Virus record (IMG/VR): IMGVR_UViG_3300027804_000050
Location: 42,109 to 106,108 of that record
Origin: a virus
DNA length: 64,000 nt
Direction: 5' to 3' (one strand)
The notes under the pieces are model-generated. The model was not told where the DNA came from. It saw only the letters and a list, made by a program, of their open reading frames with translations, and did no database searches. Positions 29,117-38,885 of this stretch are shown here, in pieces (position 1 is the stretch's first letter; every line of letters starts with the position of its first letter). The translations under genes were made by a program, and so were the position numbers.

Positions 29117-31017
29117 TGATTACACAACTCAATAAACTAGGACAAGAAATTTTTGAATCGCGTTATGCTTACCCCGGCGAAACTAAGTGGGCAGATCGGG
29201 CTAAGTCTATTTCTAAGGTTATAGCCTCCGCTGAAAAGGATGAAGACAAAGAACGGGTAGAGCGTTCTTTCTATGAGTCTATCGGATCTGGGGATTTTAT
29301 TCCCGGGGGTAGAATTATTTATGGATCTGGTAGAGGAAGAAAGCAAAATCTACTGAATTGCTTTGTTATCATCCCAGAAGATAATGTAGATTCCATCGGC
29401 AAAACCGTTATGGATATGTATAAGATTTCTTGTGCCGGGGGTGGTGTAGGCTTTAATGTCAGCAAGATCCGTCCAAGAGGGGATGATATTGGCAATGTAG
29501 CTAATTCTGCTCCCGGAGCGGTTTCCGTGTTGCAAATGATCAATGAGGTTGGTAACCATGTTCGTGCTGGTAAGAATCGCAGAACAGCACTAATGGGAAT
29601 TCTAAATGTAACCCACCCAGACATACTAGAATTCCTCCATGTCAAGTTAGACCAAAAGCAACTAACCAATTTTAATATTTCTGTTGCGATAACGAATCGT
29701 TTCCTAGAAGCTATTGAATTTAATGAACCTTGGTATTTTACATTTAATAACAAGGTCTATGAATGCTATGATGTTCGTAGATACAATACAGAACAAAATA
29801 GAGACGAAAAGATAACGGTTGTTGCGTTAAATGAGCAGGATGCCATTGCTCGTGCAAATAATTTCCATAAGCAACATTGGTTGGATCAATTCCAAATTAT
29901 TGGAAAGCAAGATTTTAGAGCTAGAGATTTGTGGAATAAGATTTGGACTAATGCTGTTGAAAGCGGGGATCCCGGTATTTACAATATTGATCTAGCTAAC
30001 AACTATACCAATGTATCTTATTTTGAAAAACTAGACTCTACCAATCCTTGCGGTGAAATTAGTCTACCTAGTTATGGTAATTGCTGTCTAGGTAACATTA
30101 ACCTAAGCAACATGGTTAATGAAGATGGTACAGATGTAGACTGGAAGCGGTTAGCCAAGACCATCAGAACAGGTGTTCGATTCTTAGACAATGTTTTAAC
30201 GGTAAACTCTTTCCCTACTGAAGAGTGCAAGTTGGTTGGCGAGCGTTCTAGAAGAATTGGATTAGGTGTCACAGGCTTGCACTATATGCTAATCAAGCTT
30301 GGGATTAAGTATGGATCAGAAAAGTGTTTAGAATTCCTTGAACGGTTGTTCTCCACTATCCGAGACGAAGCTTATATGCAATCCGTATATCTAGCTAGAG
30401 ATAAGTCCCCATTCCCTGCCTTCGATCCTAAGATGTATTTGAAGGAGGAGTTTGCCAAGACACTACCAGCTAGAATTCGTATGCTTATTAAGAGATATGG
30501 CATCAGAAACGCAGTTATGTTGACAATACCACCCTGCGGAACTATTTCCATGCTGCACGGTGTTTCTAGTGGCATTGAACCCATCTTTGCGGCTATGTAT
30601 CATCGTCGGTGGAGACACGCGAATGTTTGGAAAGAGGAAGTTGTTGTTGATCCTTTGTTCCAAGAATACTACAACAATGGCAAGAAGTTAGATGTTTTCG
30701 TAGGAGCTTATGATGTGACTCCAGAAGAACATATTAAGGTTCAAGCTACTATTCAAAAGTATATTGATTCTTGTATTAGCAAGACAATCAACCTACCTTC
30801 CACGGCCAAGCCTGAAGATTTCAATCAGTCTTCATTGGAGTATGCCCAATATCTAAAGGGTTTAACGGTTTATCGTGCTGGGTCCAAGGGACAGGAACCT
30901 TTGGCGGCAATCCTTTTAACAAAGGAAAATATTGAAAAGTACATGGGTAAGCCCGTAGAGGTTGGAGTTGCTGACGGACAAGCGTGTTCAATGACTGGAG
31001 GAGGTTGTGGTAGCTGA
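29116..31017 (+). CDS. nrdJ: Class II (adenosylcobalamin) ribonucleotide reductase
   Basis: PGGRI, NCFV, RRTALM, FNISV, GDPG, TNPCGEI, RRIGLG and C-terminal C..GGC motifs; no beta subunit adjacent; AGGAGA RBS before ATG 29116. Confidence 0.9.
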   Translation: MITQLNKLGQEIFESRYAYPGETKWADRAKSISKVIASAEKDEDKERVERSFYESIGSGDFIPGGRIIYGSGRGRKQNLLNCFVIIPEDNVDSIGKTVMDMYKISCAGGGVGFNVSKIRPRGDDIGNVANSAPGAVSVLQMINEVGNHVRAGKNRRTALMGILNVTHPDILEFLHVKLDQKQLTNFNISVAITNRFLEAIEFNEPWYFTFNNKVYECYDVRRYNTEQNRDEKITVVALNEQDAIARANNFHKQHWLDQFQIIGKQDFRARDLWNKIWTNAVESGDPGIYNIDLANNYTNVSYFEKLDSTNPCGEISLPSYGNCCLGNINLSNMVNEDGTDVDWKRLAKTIRTGVRFLDNVLTVNSFPTEECKLVGERSRRIGLGVTGLHYMLIKLGIKYGSEKCLEFLERLFSTIRDEAYMQSVYLARDKSPFPAFDPKMYLKEEFAKTLPARIRMLIKRYGIRNAVMLTIPPCGTISMLHGVSSGIEPIFAAMYHRRWRHANVWKEEVVVDPLFQEYYNNGKKLDVFVGAYDVTPEEHIKVQATIQKYIDSCISKTINLPSTAKPEDFNQSSLEYAQYLKGLTVYRAGSKGQEPLAAILLTKENIEKYMGKPVEVGVADGQACSMTGGGCGS

Positions 31018-31487
31018 TGCCCACCTATCAATATCTTTGTGAGGACTGCATCATCGTATGGGAGAAGGAAGCTTCCATAGGTAAGGCACCCAAGAAAATA
31101 AAGTGTTTGGAATGTGATTCCCGCTGCGAAAGATTTTACGATGAAATTAACTTTTCATTTGCAGATGATGGTTGTGGCGGGGTACAAAACAAAGGTGCTA
31201 TGGACTTCCATAGCGTGAAGCAAAGATATCGTAAATTTGCTGTAAATGGCTTTGATAAAGATTCTGCAAATAGATTCTTAAAAAGATCCATTGCTGAGTC
31301 TGGAGACAGATTAGCAGAAAAAGAAGGTCGATATAAAAAAGTAGATTTTAACTGGGAAAAAATGGCAAAAGACGGTATAGTTAAACGCCTATCTGATAAA
31401 GAAACTAGCGACAAAATCGACAGATCAAAAAAAATCACTGAAGACATCTCTAATAGACACAGGGCTGTAACTAAGAAGAAAAAATAA
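31017..31487 (+). CDS. FmdB-like zinc-ribbon protein
   Basis: MPTYQYLCEDC...CLEC. Confidence 0.75.
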   Translation: MPTYQYLCEDCIIVWEKEASIGKAPKKIKCLECDSRCERFYDEINFSFADDGCGGVQNKGAMDFHSVKQRYRKFAVNGFDKDSANRFLKRSIAESGDRLAEKEGRYKKVDFNWEKMAKDGIVKRLSDKETSDKIDRSKKITEDISNRHRAVTKKKK

Positions 31488-31489
31488 CA

Positions 31490-32803
31490 ATGGCATATCA
31501 ATTTAACGAGAATATTCAAAGAGCTATCCTTTACTTTTTGAAGGCAGATAATGATTTCTACCTACAAATTGTAAATCTGGTTAAGCCAGAGTACTTTGAG
31601 TTTCCGTCCCACTCTAAGATCTTTAGTACTGTAGTGGCTTACTATGACAAGTATCATAGTTTGCCTTCGGATCTTTTTATCATCGAGGATGTAAAAAAGA
31701 ATCTTGGAGCTAGGGAAAATATTTCGGATTATGAAGACGAACTGAATTACATCAATTCGTTGGATACCTCTACTATCACCAACCCAGATTATGTTGTTGA
31801 TCTAATTGAATCCTTCGCAAAGAAGGAGGCCATGAAAGCAGCAATCGCAGAAAGCATTACCTTGATTAAAGAAAACAAGGTAGAGCAAGTGGAGGAGATC
31901 GTCAGGAAGGCTTTGCTGGTGGGTAAAGCCGTTGATATAGGCCAAGATTACTTTACAGATTTTTCTGACCGTTGGAATAGGACTTTTAGCACCGATAAAA
32001 CGGCTATAAAGTTTAGGACTGTATTTTCCTCCATCAACAAATCGTTGGAGGGCGGGTTGGGATCCAAGGAGCTTGCTATGGTAGTGGCTCCTCCGGGTGT
32101 AGGTAAGTCCTTGTACTTAGTAAATCAAGGAGTCCAAAGTCTCATTGATGGCAATAATGTTCTTTACATTTCTTTGGAGATGAGCGAAGACAAGATTGCT
32201 CAAAGATTCGATTCGATCATGACATTGGTTCCACAAGCCAAGCTTAAGGATCCTAAGCACCAACTTACCGTTAAGGAACGCCTTAACCTTTTCCAAAATG
32301 AGTTTAAAGGTAGGTTGATGATTAAGGAGTACCCTACTCTAATGGCATCTGTTAATACAGTCAGAAGTCTTTTAGTCCAACTTAAGAATCATAACGATTT
32401 CGTTCCGCAAGTCCTGATCGTAGATTATCTAGAACTGATGCGTTCCACAAGGGATATTCAACATGAATATCAGGCTCAACAAAGAATCGCAGAAGAGCTT
32501 CGTGGCCTAGCCATGGAACAAAACATCCTTGTTTGGACTGCGACACAGACTAATCGTCAAGGTAGGATGAAAAGTATTATCACGGATGTTGAGCTAGGAG
32601 ATTCTTATGGTAAGATTCGTCCCTGCGATTTTTCTATGTCTCTAAATCAAACCGAAGAAGAGTTTGACAATGGCTTCATGCGAGTATATATTATGAAGTC
32701 TAGAAATGGTGTTCCCCGTATTACGATTCCAGCTAAGGTAGATTATAATCTACTTAAGATGTCCGAATCTGAGGAACCTCTAAGGAGTTTGGAACATGAG
32801 TGA
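31490..32803 (+). CDS. gp41: Replicative DnaB-type helicase (gp41-like)
   Basis: APPGVGKS, ISLEMSE, IKEYPT, VDYL and WTATQTNR motifs. Confidence 0.93.
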   Translation: MAYQFNENIQRAILYFLKADNDFYLQIVNLVKPEYFEFPSHSKIFSTVVAYYDKYHSLPSDLFIIEDVKKNLGARENISDYEDELNYINSLDTSTITNPDYVVDLIESFAKKEAMKAAIAESITLIKENKVEQVEEIVRKALLVGKAVDIGQDYFTDFSDRWNRTFSTDKTAIKFRTVFSSINKSLEGGLGSKELAMVVAPPGVGKSLYLVNQGVQSLIDGNNVLYISLEMSEDKIAQRFDSIMTLVPQAKLKDPKHQLTVKERLNLFQNEFKGRLMIKEYPTLMASVNTVRSLLVQLKNHNDFVPQVLIVDYLELMRSTRDIQHEYQAQQRIAEELRGLAMEQNILVWTATQTNRQGRMKSIITDVELGDSYGKIRPCDFSMSLNQTEEEFDNGFMRVYIMKSRNGVPRITIPAKVDYNLLKMSESEEPLRSLEHE

Positions 32804-33107
32804 TATTACATCAAGAGAAGTTTTTATACGAGTAAAAAATTATCCAAGTCGTTTAAGCGTTCAACGCTCTGGGATTTGGGGATTTGAAAATTATGCAAAC
32901 TATGTTATAACCCATGTTATTGAAGGTGTGTCTTATTATAAGATGCCTTTTAATTTTGGAGTTTGTTTGTCTAATCAGTTTAATCCTGCCATTTTGGCTA
33001 TCATAGGTAATGCTGGAGATTATCTGGTTGTAGAACAATCTGGGGTTTTGTCAATTTTAACTGAAGAAAAGTTTTTACAGCAAAATCCTAACTTAGTAGG
33101 TAGATGA
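32796..33107 (+). CDS. Hypothetical protein
   Basis: Coupled ORF; GNAGDYLV motif. Confidence 0.55.
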   Translation: MSDITSREVFIRVKNYPSRLSVQRSGIWGFENYANYVITHVIEGVSYYKMPFNFGVCLSNQFNPAILAIIGNAGDYLVVEQSGVLSILTEEKFLQQNPNLVGR

Positions 33108-33108
33108 T

Positions 33109-33540
33109 ATGAAGAGTTTGAAGGATTTTCTACAAGAATTTAACTGGGAAGGCTATCATATTCTTAGCGAAGAATTGTTGAAGTTTGATGATCATTCTGT
33201 CGATGCAGAATTGTCTCACCAAGCTTCTACTTACTCATTCTTCCATGCTGTAATGTGTTTAGCCAAAAAGGAACTTTCCGATGCTGAGGCTGAACATATG
33301 CAGTTCATGTCTAGACTTCGTAGGGACATAAAGAATGATAGCTCATCCAAGCAGACCGCCAAGGATTTGGATGATGCTGTTCTGTCCGACGATAAAAACA
33401 GAGAACACCAGAACCGAGTCAACGAACTGTCGTTTAGATACGAACTGTTGAAGGGACTGGTTAGGGCACTTGAGCAGAAGAAGGATATGCTGCAACAGGT
33501 GTCCGCTAACAAGCGTGAAGAAACTAAACTTTACAAGTAA
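33109..33540 (+). CDS. uvsY: Recombination mediator UvsY-like
   Basis: Helical 143-aa protein ending ALEQKKDMLQQ; lies next to the SSB gene. Confidence 0.7.
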   Translation: MKSLKDFLQEFNWEGYHILSEELLKFDDHSVDAELSHQASTYSFFHAVMCLAKKELSDAEAEHMQFMSRLRRDIKNDSSSKQTAKDLDDAVLSDDKNREHQNRVNELSFRYELLKGLVRALEQKKDMLQQVSANKREETKLYK

Positions 33541-33554
33541 CAGGAGAACTAACT

Positions 33555-34307
33555 ATGGGTATTGACCTTAATGCACTGCGTAAGAAGCACGAAGAATTGA
33601 TGGGTAAGAACAAGGGTGGATCTAGCTCTGATGATTTCATCAAGAAGTTCTACCAAGTTAAGGATGGATCTAATACGATTAGAATCCTTCCTTCTAAGAT
33701 TGAAGATAAGGAGTTCTACGCTGAGACTAAGATCCATCGCATTCCAATGGAAAATGGTCAAGTGAAGAATGTGCATTGCCGTAAGATTCATAATGAATCT
33801 TGCCCATTGTGCGACCTTTATTACAGTCTTTGGAAGACTGGAAAGAAGGAAGATGAGGCCCTTGCTCGCCTGATCAAGCCTCGTTCTCGTTATTATATGA
33901 ACATTCTGGATAGGGAAACTAATGAGGTTAAAATTCTCTCCATTGGCATGATCCTATTCCAGAAGATTGTTGGTGCTATGATTGATTCTGATTTCGGTGA
34001 CATCACGGACCTTGAAAAGGGTCACGATTTCAAGATCGTCAAGCACATGGAAGGTCAATGGCCTCGCTATGACCAATCTCAACCTCGCCCGAAGTCTTCT
34101 CCATTGGGGACTAAGGCTGAAATTGCCAAGATCATGGATACCCTCCACGATATCCATGGACTTGTCAAGCTAGAGGAATATGAAGAAGTTAAGCGTATCT
34201 CCGAAGCTCTTGCTATTGGGGGTAAGCTAACTCCTTCGGATAAGGACTCCGCTAGCGGCGAAGGTGATGAAGATGGTGGAGATTATATTTCTAAACTAAG
34301 GAGCTGA
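33555..34307 (+). CDS. gp32: Single-stranded DNA-binding protein (gp32-like)
   Basis: IRILP, H...C...CPLC zinc site, D.E.GHDFKI, acidic C-terminal tail. Confidence 0.85.
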   Translation: MGIDLNALRKKHEELMGKNKGGSSSDDFIKKFYQVKDGSNTIRILPSKIEDKEFYAETKIHRIPMENGQVKNVHCRKIHNESCPLCDLYYSLWKTGKKEDEALARLIKPRSRYYMNILDRETNEVKILSIGMILFQKIVGAMIDSDFGDITDLEKGHDFKIVKHMEGQWPRYDQSQPRPKSSPLGTKAEIAKIMDTLHDIHGLVKLEEYEEVKRISEALAIGGKLTPSDKDSASGEGDEDGGDYISKLRS

Positions 34308-34308
34308 T

Positions 34309-34935
34309 ATGATAAAAAACTTTGTTATTGCTTGTGCCTTAACCATAGGCATGATATCTTGTAAGGGTGCTGGATTTAGTTTTGGTGGCGATACCACCGA
34401 TCCAGTAGCACCTCTCGTAATAACTGAAAATACTAATGTTACACCTGAATCCATCCAAACTAAGCAATCAGTACCCATTCCGATTGAAACTTTAGGTGGT
34501 GATGTAGGTGATGCACTTAAACGAGAGTTTGCAAACAGAGGAACTTCACCTGTTATTACGACTAAAGACCATGTAATCAACACTCCGGGGGCCATGATGG
34601 TGACTCTGGATGCCAATGCTACACAAGAGGTACTATCCCCGAGTGTCGTAAGCATGATTGCAGGAGTATTTGGGGGGCTACTACCGGGGTCCGCACCATG
34701 GATGGAGTTGTTGATAGTAATCCTACCGTTCCTATCGAGTCGATTCCGCAAGCACACTGTTACAGCAGTTCGGCGTATCGTGCCCGGTGTTCAAGGACCT
34801 AATAACGATGGTAAAGTGCCAGACTTTGATGACATTCGAGAGGCTGTCTTGGATATAACTAAGGCAGTAACTCTAGCACCAAAGGAAGCACCCGATGTGA
34901 TAACTCCTCAAAAAAGTGAACAAATTAACGGTTGA
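34309..34935 (+). CDS. Putative lipoprotein with an internal hydrophobic segment
   Basis: MIKNFVIACALTIGMIS-C lipobox-like signal; hydrophobic stretch VVSMIAG...LLIVILPFL. Confidence 0.6.
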   Translation: MIKNFVIACALTIGMISCKGAGFSFGGDTTDPVAPLVITENTNVTPESIQTKQSVPIPIETLGGDVGDALKREFANRGTSPVITTKDHVINTPGAMMVTLDANATQEVLSPSVVSMIAGVFGGLLPGSAPWMELLIVILPFLSSRFRKHTVTAVRRIVPGVQGPNNDGKVPDFDDIREAVLDITKAVTLAPKEAPDVITPQKSEQING

Positions 34936-34954
34936 ATTAAATAAATAAGACTAT

Positions 34955-34990
34955 AATAAAAGCAGGGTATTCCCCTGCTTTTATTTTTTT
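34955..34990 (+). terminator. Terminator
   Basis: AATAAAAGCAGGG/CCCTGCTTTTATT stem followed by a T run. Confidence 0.8.
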
Positions 34991-36157
34991 ATGAGTGATA
35001 AATTAAAAATACTTGTATGTCCTGCCAATGAAGGTGGTTGTGCTTATTATAGAGCTATAGTTCCGTATAAAAAACTAGCTGAACTTTACCCTGATAAGGT
35101 TGAAGTTAGGATGAATTTCAATCCTCTTGGCATGGATCCAAGTAGTGGTCGCTGGATTCCTGACTGGGATTTTGCCGATATGAAGTGGGCAGATATAGTT
35201 ATGGTTAGTAACCTCAGTAATTATGGAGGTAACTATACAGCCAGAATAGTGGGCAAAGCAAAAGAGTTTGGCAAGTTTGTTCATTATGATACTGATGATT
35301 TATTGACAGACTTGTATAAAGGACATAGACTTTATAGTGTATACCAAGAAAAGGGTCTTAGCGAGATAACCAAGTTTATCTATCATCATTCTGATTTGGT
35401 TTCTGTGACTCAAAGAAAATTTGCAGATAGAATAAGACCTTTCTGCACGAAGTATTTGGCTATCATCAAAAATTCAATTGACTATAATCTTCCTTGCTGG
35501 AATATGCAAAGAGTCTTGTTAAAGAAGAACATTTGCAGATTTGGTTGGGCTGGAGGAATCCACCACGAACAGGATCTACATGTATTTGCAGGAGTCCCTG
35601 CAATGGTAAACCAAAGAGTAGGTCCACAGAATTGTAGATGGGATTTCTATGGGCATCCTCCACCAGACACCAAAAAGGATGATTGGCAAGTTAGTGTTTG
35701 GCAAAATTATAAAGCTAAATTCCTTGCTAACATGAAACGCGATACTAATTTTGGAATTCATTATGCTCTTCCAACAGATAGATACGGATCTTTCTTCACT
35801 AATATGGATGTTGCTTTAGCTCCTTTGGAGATGAATGATTTTAATGATTCCAAATCAGAAATTAAGGTAGCAGAGTGTGGAAGATATCAAATCCCTTTAG
35901 TGGCATCTAATGTAGGTTGCTATGATGAATGGATAGTGAATGGGGAGACGGGATACCTGATTGATCATGATGCACCTAAAACTGAGTGGGTGCGTGTCCT
36001 CACTAAGATAGCTAAGGAAAGAGATCAGCGTGAAGCTATGGGAAGAGCTTTACACAAACTTACAGAAGAAAATTTTGATCTAAACAAAGTTGTTGTAAAG
36101 AGATTAGAAATTTATGAACAACTTTTAAGAAAACCTATTGAGGTTCAGGTAGTATGA
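34991..36157 (+). CDS. GT-B glycosyltransferase (GT4-like)
   Basis: GCAYYR, YDTDD, GWAGG..H..DL, APL..N.FN.SKSEIK..E and NGETGYL motifs. Confidence 0.88.
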   Translation: MSDKLKILVCPANEGGCAYYRAIVPYKKLAELYPDKVEVRMNFNPLGMDPSSGRWIPDWDFADMKWADIVMVSNLSNYGGNYTARIVGKAKEFGKFVHYDTDDLLTDLYKGHRLYSVYQEKGLSEITKFIYHHSDLVSVTQRKFADRIRPFCTKYLAIIKNSIDYNLPCWNMQRVLLKKNICRFGWAGGIHHEQDLHVFAGVPAMVNQRVGPQNCRWDFYGHPPPDTKKDDWQVSVWQNYKAKFLANMKRDTNFGIHYALPTDRYGSFFTNMDVALAPLEMNDFNDSKSEIKVAECGRYQIPLVASNVGCYDEWIVNGETGYLIDHDAPKTEWVRVLTKIAKERDQREAMGRALHKLTEENFDLNKVVVKRLEIYEQLLRKPIEVQVV

Positions 36158-36792
36158 AATATAAATTTTCAATTATAGTTCCTCATTACGATGGAGTAAT
36201 TTCAGATGAATTGTTTTTAAGAGGAGTCAATTCTTTGAAGTCTCAAACCTTTAAAGACTTTGAAGTACTGATCTATCATGATGGACCAACTTCTAGGCCG
36301 ATTCCTGAAATTGATTTACCAAATTCTAAAATAATTGTTACTAAAAAAAGATATAATGATTGGGGGCATTCCCTCAGGCATATGGGAATTATGGAATGTG
36401 AAGGTGAGTATGTAATTCATTTTAACCCAGACAATATTCTTTATGATAATGCATTAGAAGAATTATATAAATTAAGCGAACAAGAACTTGATAAATTTTC
36501 CCCAAATAATGAAATATTAATATTCCCAATATTAATGATTGGAATGAGATATAATGGATTTAGTCTCATAAGGGAAAAACATAAAGCGGATAAACAATGG
36601 TTAATTTTAACTGGATTTCCTACAATAAAGCATAATATTGACTGTATGCAATTAGTAATGAGAACTCGTACTTGGAGAGGTTTTGGAGGGTGGAAAGATA
36701 AAACAGAAGACTCAGATGGTATAATGTATCAAAAATTTGTGCAAGTTTATGGTGCTAGATACTGTAATAAAATATTAGGGGAACATTGGTAA
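36154..36792 (+). CDS. GT-A glycosyltransferase (GT2-like)
   Basis: FSIIVPHY, Q.FKDFEVLIYHDG, WGH..R..G and NPDN motifs. Confidence 0.85.
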   Translation: MKYKFSIIVPHYDGVISDELFLRGVNSLKSQTFKDFEVLIYHDGPTSRPIPEIDLPNSKIIVTKKRYNDWGHSLRHMGIMECEGEYVIHFNPDNILYDNALEELYKLSEQELDKFSPNNEILIFPILMIGMRYNGFSLIREKHKADKQWLILTGFPTIKHNIDCMQLVMRTRTWRGFGGWKDKTEDSDGIMYQKFVQVYGARYCNKILGEHW

Positions 36793-36835
36793 TAAATGGT
36801 GCCAGATACTGTAATTTTATTCTAGGGGAGCACAG

Positions 36836-37525
36836 ATGAATAAGATAGCTATTGTAACTTCTGTTGTTGGCGTTTCTGGTTTTGATATGTATACCCCGAA
36901 ACACGCTAATGCAGACTATTTTTTATTTACAGAACAGGATTGTTCTTTTCCCGGATGGACCGTTAGAAAATTATATCCTTTTTCACTTGATAAAAAATAT
37001 GAAAACAGGAGAACAGCTAAAATACCAAAAATACTAACTCATCAATTATTACCAACATATAATTATTATATTTGGCATGATTATACAAATTATGTTTCTT
37101 TAGATCCAGAAAAAATAATTAGTGATTATCTTAAAGATTCTGATTTTGCATTTTTCAATCACCCACACAGAAACTGCTTGTATGATGAAGCTATCGAAGT
37201 TCTTAGAAGCAGGTTAGATCATAATGAAAAAATAAATATGCAAATAAAATATTACACAGAGATGAAAGTAAAAGAAAAAAACAATTTTTTTGAGGCAACT
37301 ACATTTGTCAGAAGAAATAACGATGTTTGTAACAAAGTATGTACCTTTTGGTATGAACATATGGATAAATTTTCATCTAGAGATCAGATAAGTCTTCCAG
37401 CCGCATTACAAGAGTACTCTCCAAAAATTTCAATATTACCCGGAAATACTAGCATTTATTTTGGTAATAACAATATAATCCCTGCATTCAGGGATACTTT
37501 AAGAATGCAAGGGAAAGTTAGATAA
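36836..37525 (+). CDS. DUF616/TOD1-MUCI70-like glycosyltransferase
   Basis: K.PKIL.H, IWHD, HP.RNCLY.EA and SRDQISLP motifs. Confidence 0.8.
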   Translation: MNKIAIVTSVVGVSGFDMYTPKHANADYFLFTEQDCSFPGWTVRKLYPFSLDKKYENRRTAKIPKILTHQLLPTYNYYIWHDYTNYVSLDPEKIISDYLKDSDFAFFNHPHRNCLYDEAIEVLRSRLDHNEKINMQIKYYTEMKVKEKNNFFEATTFVRRNNDVCNKVCTFWYEHMDKFSSRDQISLPAALQEYSPKISILPGNTSIYFGNNNIIPAFRDTLRMQGKVR

Positions 37526-38865
37526 TGTGTAGTATATTGATAACTAATAAAAAAATTGAAGATCTTGATTCAGTAAATAAATATTTAAAATTACGAGGTC
37601 CAGATTATACCAATCAACTTAGTTTAAACGGAATTAATTTTATTCATAATTTGCTTCACATGACAGGTGACTTCAAAACTCAACCGTTCATTGATGGGGA
37701 TACTGTTTGTTTGTTTAATGGAGAAATATACAATTACAAATCTTTCGGTGATTTTTCAACTGATGGAGAATGTCTAATTCCATTATACAAGCAGTTTGGA
37801 ACAAATTTTATTAAACAATTAGATGGAGAATTTTGTTTAGTTTTAATTGATTTTAACAAAGATATTCTTTTATTTTCAACAGATGTTTTTTCTACTAAGC
37901 CGTTGTGGTATTCTATTGATAATGATGATTTCGGAATAGCTTCTTATGAATCCGCACTACAAAAACTAAATTTTAAAAACATAAAAAAATTAAAAGCAAA
38001 TACTACTCAAATTAGAAAATTATCTGAATTAAATTTCTCGGTATGGTATCAGTCCGTATATGAGTTTTTTTTATCTCAGTACAAGAATACTTACGATGAT
38101 TGGACATCTGCTTTTAAAAAATCAATTAAAAAAAGATATGTTACTAGCAATCAAAAAGTTTTTATAGGACTTAGTAGTGGATATGACTCTGGTGCCATTT
38201 GCTGTGAATTATTAGAGCAAAAAGTTGATTTTCACGCATATAGTGTATTAGGAAGAGAGAATCCTAATATATTACGACAACGACATGACTTAATAAAATC
38301 TCCCGCTCAAGGGTTTATTTTCCGAGCATCTCAGGCAGACTATGCGAAAGCACAACTTCACCTGAGTGAAAATGTAGAAGAATTCAACTATAAAATATAC
38401 TCCCAAAGTAGTGAATATAACGAATTTGGTTTAAGTGTAAAAAGAGATGGGGGATCTAATGGTTTGTCTTTTGTGTGTCAAAAAGCAAAAGAAAACGATA
38501 GAAAAATTTATTTGTCCGGTCAAGGAGCAGATGAGATTTGTTCTGATTATGGATTTAATGGGGTAAAAAAATACCCACATTCAAACTTTGGGGGATTGTT
38601 TCCTGAAAACCTATCTTCTATATTTCCTTGGGCCAGTTTCTATGAAAGTTCTCAGTTATCGTATCTGATGAAGGAAGAATACATATCTGGCTCATTTGGT
38701 TTAGAAGGTAGATATCCATTCTTGGATAAAGATCTTGTTCAAGAATTTTTGTGGTTGTCTGCGAATCTAAAAAACAAAAACTATAAGGCTCCGATTTATA
38801 ATTACTTGACAGAACATAACTTTCCTTTTTCGAAGGAAGAAAAAATAGGATTTAGTTTATATTGA
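37525..38865 (+). CDS. Asparagine synthetase-like (AsnB/Ntn) amidotransferase
   Basis: N-terminal MCSI, RGPD, QP, FNGEIYN, LSSGYDS, SGQGADE and RYPFLD motifs. Confidence 0.9.
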   Translation: MCSILITNKKIEDLDSVNKYLKLRGPDYTNQLSLNGINFIHNLLHMTGDFKTQPFIDGDTVCLFNGEIYNYKSFGDFSTDGECLIPLYKQFGTNFIKQLDGEFCLVLIDFNKDILLFSTDVFSTKPLWYSIDNDDFGIASYESALQKLNFKNIKKLKANTTQIRKLSELNFSVWYQSVYEFFLSQYKNTYDDWTSAFKKSIKKRYVTSNQKVFIGLSSGYDSGAICCELLEQKVDFHAYSVLGRENPNILRQRHDLIKSPAQGFIFRASQADYAKAQLHLSENVEEFNYKIYSQSSEYNEFGLSVKRDGGSNGLSFVCQKAKENDRKIYLSGQGADEICSDYGFNGVKKYPHSNFGGLFPENLSSIFPWASFYESSQLSYLMKEEYISGSFGLEGRYPFLDKDLVQEFLWLSANLKNKNYKAPIYNYLTEHNFPFSKEEKIGFSLY

Positions 38866-38885
38866 ATTTACGGAGTGGCATTGAT

